Source: an uncultured Planktomarina sp. (GTDB taxonomy: Bacteria; Pseudomonadota; Alphaproteobacteria; Rhodobacterales; Rhodobacteraceae). From it: a DNA stretch of 64,000 bases. The DNA lies in assembly GCF_943788425.1 (NCBI RefSeq), contig NZ_CALSQF010000005.1. The stretch is one strand, 5' to 3'. The position numbers and the translations under genes are program-made. Below the pieces are notes generated by a model that saw nothing but the letters and a program-made list of their open reading frames with translations, had not been told where the DNA came from and did not search any database. Numbering within the stretch: position 1 is the stretch's first letter; each line of letters opens with the position of its first letter. Shown here in pieces: positions 51,573 to 59,831 of the stretch.

Positions 51573-52354
51573 CAGATGATCGACGTTCGCGCAGAAATAC
51601 CGCCATCCACGGTATAGACTGTACCTGTCGTATAGCCCGCACGCTCGGAGGCCAGAAATGCCACCAGATCGGAAATCTCCGCGCAATGCGCCGGACGCCC
51701 AAGAGGGTACCCATCCGCCAGCTCCATATAGCGCTCTGGATTGCCTAAATCTTTTTCGGCCCATTTGCGCAGCATGTTGTAAATCCGGTCAGTGTTTACA
51801 GGTCCAGGATTGATGCCGACGACACGCATGTTGTCATCAAGGGCATAGCCCCCCAACGCGCGGGTAAAGCCCATCAGGCTTATGTTCCCCATTGCTCCAG
51901 CGATATAGTCGCGGTCTAGAACCTCGCCCCCGTTGCCAATGATGTTGATGATCACACCGCCGCCGGCCTCTTTCATCTTGGTGTAAAACAGACGGCTCAT
52001 GTTGATGTAGCCAAAGACCTTGAGGTCAAAGCCTTTGCGCCAAGCCGCATCATCAACGTCCCACAAGTCGCCACTGGGAATTGCGCCAGCGTTGTTGACC
52101 AAAATATCCACATTGCAAATTGCCGTCGCCAAGGCTTCCGGTGCACCCTCAGATGTCAAATCCAAAGGGTGCAGGGTCACGGAAACATCGGTGGTCTTTG
52201 CAATTTTCGTTTTCAACGTTTCAAGCTTTTGGGCGCTCCGAGCAGTCAGATGCAGATGAACGCCCTCTGCCGCGAGCGTTTCCGCAACATGCGCCCCAAT
52301 GCCCATCGACGCGCCGGTTATCAACGCCGTTTTAGCCGTCAGATTCAAATCCAT
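51572..52354 (-). CDS. short-chain dehydrogenase/reductase
   Basis: 260 aa. TGASMGIG cofactor motif. ATGA overlaps with both neighbours. Confidence 0.85.
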   Translation of the reverse strand: MDLNLTAKTALITGASMGIGAHVAETLAAEGVHLHLTARSAQKLETLKTKIAKTTDVSVTLHPLDLTSEGAPEALATAICNVDILVNNAGAIPSGDLWDVDDAAWRKGFDLKVFGYINMSRLFYTKMKEAGGGVIINIIGNGGEVLDRDYIAGAMGNISLMGFTRALGGYALDDNMRVVGINPGPVNTDRIYNMLRKWAEKDLGNPERYMELADGYPLGRPAHCAEISDLVAFLASERAGYTTGTVYTVDGGISARTSII

Positions 52355-53385
52355 CAGCTTGTATCCTCCATAGTCAGCACAGTTCGCCCTTCGACTTTTC
52401 CAGCATTCAAATCCAAAAGTGCTTCATTGATCTGTGCAAAGGGGACCGCATTGATCACCCCTTTGACCCGACCACCCGCCGCAATGGAAAGAAGCTCGGC
52501 CATCTCCTGGCGGTTTGACGCCGAACTACCGCGCACCATTAAACCGCGTTCAACCACCTGATAGGTGTAAAACGCCATTTCACCAGCGGGTACACCGGTT
52601 AGAACGATCGTCGCGCGCGGGCTGCAGGCGTCCAACATCATCGGCCATGTTGCAGTCACGGGTGCAAAGTTAACGCAGCCATGTGCGCCACCCAGTTCTT
52701 GAATCGCTGCCCCTGTAGCCTCATCAGCTTTGAAACATTCGTCAGCACCCAGTGTCTTTGCCGTCGCGAGTTTGTCATCGGCAACGTCCACAGCGATAAC
52801 ACGCAGCCCCGACAGTTTGGCAAGTTGAACACAGTACTGTCCCAAGCCGCCCATGCCAAAAATTGCCACTGTGTCGCCGACCTGCACACCTGTTTTCTTG
52901 AGCGACGCATAGGCCGCAGCTCCCGCACACATCAGGGGGGCTGCCTCAATAGCATCAATCCCATTGGGAATTTTGCTGGCCCATTGATCTTTCAAGGCGA
53001 CATATTCGGCAAAGCACCCTTGTGTGGCGTAACCCGTCGCGGTGAAGTCAGAACAATAATTCTCACCCCCCATCCGGCAATCACGGCAATGCCCGCAGGC
53101 ACCGTAAACATATCCGATACCTACGCGGTCCCCGACCTGAAAACGTGTCGCGGTTGATCCCACGGCCACAACACGCCCAATACCTTCATGCCCCATAATC
53201 AAGGGCAAGCTTGGCGGGGCATGCTCGCCCTTCCAGATATGCACATCCGTAAAACACAGCCCACTTGCCTCGATCCGTACCAAGACTTCGTCACTGCCGA
53301 TTTTCGGCACGGGCACTTCGGCCATCTCGAGTGGTGTGTGATAGTCTGTCAGCAACGCAGCTTTCATCGTGGTGGGCAGGGGCAT
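52354..53385 (-). CDS. zinc-dependent alcohol dehydrogenase family
   Basis: Trimmed to ATG 53385 (AAGGA 8 nt upstream). GHEGIGRV and GMGGLG motifs. Confidence 0.85.
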   Translation of the reverse strand: MPLPTTMKAALLTDYHTPLEMAEVPVPKIGSDEVLVRIEASGLCFTDVHIWKGEHAPPSLPLIMGHEGIGRVVAVGSTATRFQVGDRVGIGYVYGACGHCRDCRMGGENYCSDFTATGYATQGCFAEYVALKDQWASKIPNGIDAIEAAPLMCAGAAAYASLKKTGVQVGDTVAIFGMGGLGQYCVQLAKLSGLRVIAVDVADDKLATAKTLGADECFKADEATGAAIQELGGAHGCVNFAPVTATWPMMLDACSPRATIVLTGVPAGEMAFYTYQVVERGLMVRGSSASNRQEMAELLSIAAGGRVKGVINAVPFAQINEALLDLNAGKVEGRTVLTMEDTS

Positions 53386-53410
53386 GGGGGGCGTCCTTGA
53401 TGCATGGATA

Positions 53411-53421
53411 GGTATACCAAA
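53411..53421. promoter_or_regulatory. GGTATACCAAA motif upstream of the ADH operon (candidate GntR-type operator half)
   Basis: Seen directly. Related to GGCATACCAAA at 53524-53534. Confidence 0.3.
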
Positions 53422-53520
53422 CCGCCCAAAACAACCAATCGTCAAGCAAATCCTACTGAAATATGTAATTTTCGTCAAAAAAGACCGCTTTTGATTGAAG
53501 TTTATGCAACTTCCAGTACC

Positions 53521-53534
53521 TTTGGCATACCAAA
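53521..53534. promoter_or_regulatory. TTTGGCATACCAAA near-palindrome 15 nt upstream of the ALDH start
   Basis: Arms TTTGG/CCAAA. Its first 10 nt recur exactly at 59725-59734. Confidence 0.35.
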
Positions 53535-53549
53535 AAGAGAGTCCTCATT

Positions 53550-55064
53550 ATGTCCAATATCACCGATGCTTTCACCCAACCCGGTACTAATAGAGGACTT
53601 TATTACGATGGAGCCTTCCAAAAACCCGAAACAGATGCCGTCATCAGCGTCACCAACCCGGCCACTGCTAAAGGTTTCACAACCGTTCCAAATGCAACGG
53701 CCACTGACGTTGACGCCGCAGTCGCCGCTGCGCGCGCAGCTTTCGCAGGTTGGTCTGCTCTTGATCCCATAGAGCGTGCCCGCCACTTGCGTAGATTTGC
53801 CGATGTGGTGGGCGAGAACATCCCCAAGCTTGCTATCCTGGAATCCATTGTGACCGGACGGGCGCTGAAAGAGATGAACGCCCAGATGGCGCGCATTCCA
53901 GAGTGGATCGAATATTTTGCGGGTATCGCGATGGGGCTTGAGGGAGAATCGAACTTCGTCAAGGGTGGCTATGTCACCGTGACCCACTATGAGCCGCTTG
54001 GCCCGGTCGCACTTTTGACCCCATGGAACCATCCGGTTCTAATCCTTGTGAAGAAGATGGGTGCGGCGCTGGCCGCGGGGAACACCTGCGTTGTGAAGCC
54101 ATCCGAACTTGCCCCTGTCTCGCCGCTTGTGCTGGCTGCACTGGCAACAGAGGCCGGTCTACCTGACGGTGTCGTAAACGTTGTGACAGGTGGACCACAG
54201 ACTGGCGCGGCGCTGTGCGTCCACCCCGACATTCATTACATAGACTTGACCGGCGGCACGACGACAGGGCGAAAAGTTGCCGCAGTCGCAGGGGAACGCC
54301 TCGTGCGAACAACGATGGAACTGGGCGGTAAAACGCCAGTGCTGGTCTGTCAGGACGCCGACCTAGACGGAGCCATTGCCGGGGGTCTGTTTTCCGCATT
54401 TGTAGCCTCTGGGCAGACATGTGTATCCGGGGCGCGTTTTATCGTGCATCGTGATATCTACGATGTATTTGTGACAGGCATCGCCGCACGTGCCGACGCC
54501 ATTACGCTTGGCGACCCAATGGCTGACACCACCCAAATGGGGCCAGTTATTTCCAAGGCCAGTCAGGACCGTTGCAAACGCATGATCGCGACAGCCAAAG
54601 CGGATGGCGCGATGCAGGTCGCGGGTGACTCCGATCCCAATCTTCCCGCGCCTTTTGATCAAGGTTTTTATATCCGGCCGACGGTATTCAAGGATGTCCG
54701 ACCAGAGCAGGAACTATTTCTCGAAGAAGTCTTCGGTCCTGTGATCTCGATTACGCCCTTTGATACCGAAGAAGAAGCGTTGGCGCTGGCCAACACGGGG
54801 ACCTTCGGCCTCGGGGTTTCAATCTGGTCGCGCGACATCGCGCGGGCGCACCGGCTGTCACTTGGCATCAGAGGTGGCGTTGTTTGGCTGAACGATCATC
54901 ACCGCAACGATCCCCGTTCGATCTGGGGGGGCGTCCGTGACAGTGGCTTTGGCAAGGAAAACGGTTGGGATGCGCTGAAAGCCTATATGACCAAGAAATC
55001 CGTCATCGTGCGCACGGCCCCGGGCCATGACGACTGGTTCGCCGGATCAAATCGCTATGGCTAA
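53550..55064 (+). CDS. NAD(P)-dependent aldehyde dehydrogenase
   Basis: 504 aa. ELGGKTP and catalytic-Cys region GQTCVSGARF. Confidence 0.9.
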   Translation: MSNITDAFTQPGTNRGLYYDGAFQKPETDAVISVTNPATAKGFTTVPNATATDVDAAVAAARAAFAGWSALDPIERARHLRRFADVVGENIPKLAILESIVTGRALKEMNAQMARIPEWIEYFAGIAMGLEGESNFVKGGYVTVTHYEPLGPVALLTPWNHPVLILVKKMGAALAAGNTCVVKPSELAPVSPLVLAALATEAGLPDGVVNVVTGGPQTGAALCVHPDIHYIDLTGGTTTGRKVAAVAGERLVRTTMELGGKTPVLVCQDADLDGAIAGGLFSAFVASGQTCVSGARFIVHRDIYDVFVTGIAARADAITLGDPMADTTQMGPVISKASQDRCKRMIATAKADGAMQVAGDSDPNLPAPFDQGFYIRPTVFKDVRPEQELFLEEVFGPVISITPFDTEEEALALANTGTFGLGVSIWSRDIARAHRLSLGIRGGVVWLNDHHRNDPRSIWGGVRDSGFGKENGWDALKAYMTKKSVIVRTAPGHDDWFAGSNRYG

Positions 55065-55728
55065 ATTCCAAACCCCTCGCAAGGCTGACAGCATCGCAGT
55101 CGCCCTCGAAAGCCAGATTATCGAGGGCTTGCGCGCGCCCGGTGTGCGGCTTGATGAACGTAGTCTCGCGGAGGAATTTGGCGTCTCGCGAACCCCTGTG
55201 CGCGAGGCGATCCGCAATCTTGCCAGTATGGGGCTGATCGAAGACTTGGGGCGTCGCGGCATCGTTGTTGCCAAACCCACTGCGGCAACTGTGCTTGACG
55301 CGTTTCTTGTTGTCGCCGAGCTTGAAGGTATCGCAGCACGCCTTGCCGCGCAGCGTATCCAGCCGATGCAGCTACAAGAGGCACGCGACGCCAATGATCG
55401 CTGCGCCACAGCCCAAACTGTCTCTGCATTTAACGAAGCAAATATGTCTTTGCATAATGCGATTATTGCGGGTTCGCAAAACCGGCTTCTGCAGGACCAG
55501 TTGCGTATTGCTCGGCCGATGACATTTCCCTATCGCCACCACTTGACGCAGGCACCGGGATATATGGCGCGCTCTGTTGAGGAACATGCTATCGTAATCG
55601 ACGCCATTGCTGCAGGTCAAACAACAGCTGCACAAGCCGCGATGACAAGTCATGTCAATCTGCTGGGTGAAGAAATTGTCGGCTTCTTGCGTACGTTTGA
55701 AACGTCGTTATGGCACAAAAGGGTTTGA
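55057..55728 (+). CDS. GntR-family transcriptional regulator (FadR/FCD-type C-terminal domain)
   Basis: Trimmed to ATG 55057 (8-nt overlap with the ALDH stop). HTH region ERSLAEEFGVSRTPVREAIRNL. Confidence 0.85.
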   Translation: MAKFQTPRKADSIAVALESQIIEGLRAPGVRLDERSLAEEFGVSRTPVREAIRNLASMGLIEDLGRRGIVVAKPTAATVLDAFLVVAELEGIAARLAAQRIQPMQLQEARDANDRCATAQTVSAFNEANMSLHNAIIAGSQNRLLQDQLRIARPMTFPYRHHLTQAPGYMARSVEEHAIVIDAIAAGQTTAAQAAMTSHVNLLGEEIVGFLRTFETSLWHKRV

Positions 55729-55730
55729 AA

Positions 55731-56548
55731 GGTGCTGTCAGACGAATGAGAACTCGCATCAGATTGCTAGCGCAGCCTGAATCGATGCGCTCAATAATTG
55801 GCGCCACTCAGTAAGAGCGGCGCTTCGATTGAGCTTGAAATTGTCTCGTGAGTAGAAATGGCGCTCCTGATTGAAATGGTTGTGGACTGAAGAGTGGACG
55901 GCAGCGAACTTTTGCAGAACATCGCATCTGTCGGAAGCGGAGCATAGCGCGTTCTCGTCGTCGAAACGGCAAGTGAGAATTCTCAGCCCGATTATTTACC
56001 CAGCGACCCGTTTCCTGCCGATCCGCGTTGCCAACAACTTTCATTGCAGCGCCATAGGAACGTAGTTTGTCCGTCACAACTACTTCTGGCCCGCCGTAGC
56101 GCTTCATTGCTTTTCTGAGGCATTTCAATGCTGCGTTGCGGTCTCGGCGCTTGGTAACATAACTTTCCAGCACCTCACCTTCGTGATCAACGGCCCGCCA
56201 GAGGTAATGTATCTCTCAATTGATCTTTACGAAGACCTCGTCCAGGTGCCACTGCCAGTTCGAATACGATCACATCCGACTGACCCGGTTTCTTCGTATC
56301 TCAGCAGCAAACATCGGACCAAATCTATTCCACCAAAACCGAACGGTTTCATGGCTGATCTCAATGCCTCGTTCGTGCAGAAGATCTTCCACATTACGGA
56401 GTGAGAGCGGAAACCGAACATACAGCATCACAGCCAGGCGGATGATCTCTGGGCTCGTTTTAAAGTACCTGAATGGGGAGTGTTTTGTCATTTGCGGATT
56501 CTACAAATACACCCTGCTCGCTTCAACCGAGGTTAATCTGACAGTGCC
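55731..56548 (-). mobile_element. IS6-family insertion sequence, copy A (818 bp, full length, inactivated transposase)
   Basis: Terminal inverted repeats GGTGCTGTCAGA (55731) and GGCACTGTCAGA (reverse complement at 56548). The size is typical of IS26-like elements. The flanking 8-mers differ (gtttgaaa versus atcgaacg), so there is no target-site duplication. Confidence 0.88.
55759..56491 (-). pseudogene. IS6-family DDE transposase, disrupted by two in-frame TGA codons and one frameshift
   Basis: The contiguous frame reads MTKHSPFRYFKTSPEII...RVSRM*SYSNWQWHLDEVFVKIN*EIHYLWRAVDHEGEVLESYVTKRRD...TDKLRSYGAA...NNRAENSH. TGA codons lie at 56272-56270 and 56218-56216. A 1-nt shift near 55921 restores ...LQKFAAVHSSVHNHFNQERHFYSRDNFKLNRSAALTEWRQLLS. 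Confidence 0.85.
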
Positions 56549-56729
56549 ATCGAACGTTTTTCAGAAAAAATGTGAGAGCAGGACGTATCACTATAAAAGG
56601 GTGGCTGTTTTTCGCCCCCCCTCCTATTGAGGGTTAAGCAAAGTGATATTCCCTAGCGAATACCAGCACCATCCATGCCAGCATCTGAGGCGCCCCTATA
56701 AACGATCTGATACGTGTTGTTACTCTTCA

Positions 56730-56859
56730 CGCCACCTTTACTCACGCCTCAATTTCAAGCTGAACCGCGCCACTGTTCTCGCTGAGTGGTGCTAATTATT
56801 GAGCGCATAGATTCAGGCTGTGCCAGCAATCCGATGCGAGTTCTCATTCGTCTGACAGC
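56730..56859 (+). mobile_element. IS6-family remnant B (3' end only, inverted relative to copy A)
   Basis: The plus strand encodes ...HLYSRLNFKLNRATVLAEWC* and ends in ...gagttctcattcgtctgacagc. It matches the copy A left end in reverse complement. Confidence 0.75.
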
Positions 56860-56897
56860 TGACGAAAACGCGTCAGGAAATTTGAAATGGGGAACTC

Positions 56898-58382
56898 TCA
56901 GTAAAGCCCAAAATACTCAGCTTGCTCCCATTCGGATACCGTAAGGTGGTAGCGGTTCCATTCTGCTTGGCGGATGGTTGTTAGGTAGTCTACGAATGCA
57001 TCACCCAAAGCTGATCGGTAGAATTTTGATCTGTCGAAAAGCTGGATTGCGCGAAGCAGGCTATCGGGCAAGTATGGGGCATCGGTCTCGTAAGGGTTTT
57101 CCACCGGATCGGGGGCCGATAAGCTGGATGTTAGCCCATCTAAGCCGGACAAGATTTGGCTGGTGAAGAAGTAGTAAGGGTTGGCTGCAGTTTCGGCCAC
57201 GCGGTTCTCGATGCGTGAGGCGGGATCGCCGGCTGCCATCAGGCCGCGGATCATCGCGCCTCGATTATCACGGCCCCATTGGATGCGGTCGGGTGCCAGT
57301 TGATGTGGGCGGTAGCGCTTGTAGCCGTTGATAGTGGGGGTTGTGAGCAGGCAACTTTCGGAGGCATAGGCCAAAAGTCCTGCGATCCAACCACTTGCCT
57401 CATCACTAATAGTGCCATCTGCGTTCGGGATCATCATGTTGCGACCAGTTTTGCGATCCACCAAAGACTGGTGGAGATGCCACCCGCTGGCCGCGGTGTT
57501 CTCAAGGTTGGGGCGACACATGAACGTGGCGTGCAGCCCGCGTGCAGCACAGACCTCTTTTACCATGGCGCGGAACATCATCATGTTATCGGCATGCGTC
57601 AGAGGGTCGGCTGGATCAAAAGTGAACTCAAACTGGCTTGGGCCCATTTCGATTTCCATCGAACGGACGTGCATGTTCATCGCCTGACAGGAGCGGCGTA
57701 GCGTGTCTAATATCGGCTCGGCTTGCGCGTAGCGGTCTTCTGTCAGAAATTGATAGCCGGGTGTGAGATTGCGAGTTTGAGCTGGCTGGCTGGGCATGGT
57801 GGCGTTGGCATGCTCTAGCATTTGATCAGTTCGCTCGAAGACATGAAATTCGACCTCAAGCCCGACCATGAGATCTAGGTTACGCGCAGCCAATTTAGTA
57901 ATTGCCGATTTGAGCATATCTCGCGGCGAAAACGGCATAACTGCGCCAGATTTGAAGCGCGGATCACAGAAAATCCACGCGGAATGGGGCGACCAGGGCA
58001 AAATGCGGAAGGTTGCAGGGTCCGGCAACATCAAGATGTCACCAGCACCAGCCATATTACCTTCAGAATTGCGATTGATGCCGGAATTTGCAGACCAAAT
58101 TGGAAAAACTGTGCGGTGCGAGGTATCTTTGAGCAGTAAAGTCGATGGCGCGGCAAGCCCACTGGTAAAGATGGAGGGTAGCGCATCTGCAACGATGGTT
58201 TTGCCGCGCAAGATGCCATGTTGATCAGCAAACAAGACGCGGACCGTTTCAAGATCACTATCCGCAACCCGCTTTAAAAGTGCGGTGGCGGCACCGATCG
58301 TCGTTGCATCTAGCAGGCCAACCCTGGCTAGCGCGCCGTTCTCAATCTGCTCTTTAAATTCGTTCAAATCGTCGCATCCCAA
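56898..58382 (-). CDS. glutamine synthetase-family protein (gamma-glutamyl-amine ligase type)
   Basis: 494 aa. GS beta-grasp (VLFADQHGILRGK) and catalytic domain (LEVEFHVF, MGPSQFEFTF, SGWHLHQSL). TTG start overlapping the Rieske gene by 19 nt. Confidence 0.8.
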   Translation of the reverse strand: MGCDDLNEFKEQIENGALARVGLLDATTIGAATALLKRVADSDLETVRVLFADQHGILRGKTIVADALPSIFTSGLAAPSTLLLKDTSHRTVFPIWSANSGINRNSEGNMAGAGDILMLPDPATFRILPWSPHSAWIFCDPRFKSGAVMPFSPRDMLKSAITKLAARNLDLMVGLEVEFHVFERTDQMLEHANATMPSQPAQTRNLTPGYQFLTEDRYAQAEPILDTLRRSCQAMNMHVRSMEIEMGPSQFEFTFDPADPLTHADNMMMFRAMVKEVCAARGLHATFMCRPNLENTAASGWHLHQSLVDRKTGRNMMIPNADGTISDEASGWIAGLLAYASESCLLTTPTINGYKRYRPHQLAPDRIQWGRDNRGAMIRGLMAAGDPASRIENRVAETAANPYYFFTSQILSGLDGLTSSLSAPDPVENPYETDAPYLPDSLLRAIQLFDRSKFYRSALGDAFVDYLTTIRQAEWNRYHLTVSEWEQAEYFGLY

Positions 58383-59683
58383 TCGTTACATCCTTCCCGC
58401 CGGGCACGGTCGCTCGTCTCAAAAGCTTCACGCCACGCATCTTTGTCACCGATGGTATCGTTTGAGATAGGGCCGTAGATGGTTTTCACGTCTTCGCCAC
58501 CCACCATCGGCAATGCGTCGGGGCTACCTTCGCTCAAGCTAGTAATAGCGGCGCGCATCATACGGCGGTATTTGATAATTGCGACATCGGTTTTGCCCAG
58601 ATGTTCCTTGGTCCGGTCAAAGATCGCACCGGGGCTTTCGACTGCCCATTGATCGTGCACGTTAATGTCTAAACCCATGCCAGTATAGGTCTTATGCTTC
58701 TGTTCTTCGGGGTTAAAGCCATAGGTGTTAGTTTTATTTTTTAGTGGCGCATAATCTGGCAAGCGGTGTTCTTTTAGCCGTTGGGCGCGCATGACCTCTT
58801 TGTCGACGGGTTTGTCAAAACTGGTGAACATTGAATACCAATAGCAATGCTCGTCATCAATGGGGACGTGCCACTGCGTGATAATCATCTCGCTGCTCAT
58901 CGGGATTGAAATTGCTTCTGGGAAGATTTGATTAGTGATGCGGACATGGGTTTTGCCGTTGTCCAGATGCCGCAGCGCGATGATCCGCATCCCGTAATCT
59001 GTTTCCTCGACCAAGATGTCGGGGCGTGGATAGTCACGCAATAATTTAGTCATCGGGATGTCAGTGTCAGCAGCCTTGTCGCGAAATTGTTTGCCGTAGC
59101 TATCCTCTGGATCTTCATCCTCGAGAAAGCGATGCAAGAATGAGGCGTGTGCGGGGTCGATTCCTACTTCCATGGCTTGCAGCCAGTTGCAATCCCACAT
59201 GCCTTTGAAGGCAAAAACATGGGTATCAGGAGCACGAAAACAGTCAAAATTGGGGAATTCAGGGGGTGCGCCAGGCCCCATATAAGCGAAAATAATACCG
59301 TTTTTTTCGATCACTGGATAGGAGGTGTTTTGAATGCGCTCGTGCATCCGCGAGCCGTCGGGTTCGCCGGGTTGCTCGACACATTGGCCATCACGGTTAA
59401 AGTGCCAGCCGTGGAAGGGGCAGCGCAAACCGTTGTCTTCCAGCCGGCCATAGCACAGGTCGGCACCGCGGTGCGGACAGGCGCGCCCAATCAGGCCCAA
59501 CTCACCGTCACTGTCACGAAACAATACAAGGTCTTCACCCAACAGCTTGACTGGCACAACGGGGCGAATGCCTGCCAGTTCATCACTAATTGCTGCCGGT
59601 TGCCAATAGTGACGCATAACCGCGCCTGCGTCGCTGCCCGGGCCGGTACGGGTCAGCAGATCGTTAAGTTCTTGGCTGATCAT
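58364..59683 (-). CDS. Rieske [2Fe-2S] non-heme-iron oxygenase, alpha subunit
   Basis: 439 aa. Rieske motif CPHRGADLCYGRLEDNGLRCPFHGWHF and iron motif DPAHASFLH. No beta subunit or reductase lies adjacent. Confidence 0.88.
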   Translation of the reverse strand: MISQELNDLLTRTGPGSDAGAVMRHYWQPAAISDELAGIRPVVPVKLLGEDLVLFRDSDGELGLIGRACPHRGADLCYGRLEDNGLRCPFHGWHFNRDGQCVEQPGEPDGSRMHERIQNTSYPVIEKNGIIFAYMGPGAPPEFPNFDCFRAPDTHVFAFKGMWDCNWLQAMEVGIDPAHASFLHRFLEDEDPEDSYGKQFRDKAADTDIPMTKLLRDYPRPDILVEETDYGMRIIALRHLDNGKTHVRITNQIFPEAISIPMSSEMIITQWHVPIDDEHCYWYSMFTSFDKPVDKEVMRAQRLKEHRLPDYAPLKNKTNTYGFNPEEQKHKTYTGMGLDINVHDQWAVESPGAIFDRTKEHLGKTDVAIIKYRRMMRAAITSLSEGSPDALPMVGGEDVKTIYGPISNDTIGDKDAWREAFETSDRARREGCNDWDATI

Positions 59684-59724
59684 GGAATATCCTGACGTTT
59701 AAATTGTTCGCTTAACGCATATTA

Positions 59725-59734
59725 TTTGGCATAC
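59725..59734. promoter_or_regulatory. TTTGGCATAC, exact repeat of the motif at 53521-53530, in the Rieske / Fe-S divergent promoter region
   Basis: Seen directly, 42 nt upstream of the Rieske ATG. Confidence 0.3.
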
Positions 59735-59831
59735 AGTACACATCTCGAAAGCATCAACTGTCAAGAATGATTCATCAGCTTGGGAAGGAGCGCGTTGAAT
59801 TGAGCTCGCAAGCGCCTTAGGCTTGGTAAGT

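Noticed and set aside
56216-56272. Whether the two in-frame TGA codons in the IS6 transposase could be selenocysteine or readthrough/recoding sites.
   Set aside because: I saw no SECIS-like hairpin directly downstream. The gene also carries a frameshift, and the other copies are even more decayed. Simple pseudogenisation is sufficient.
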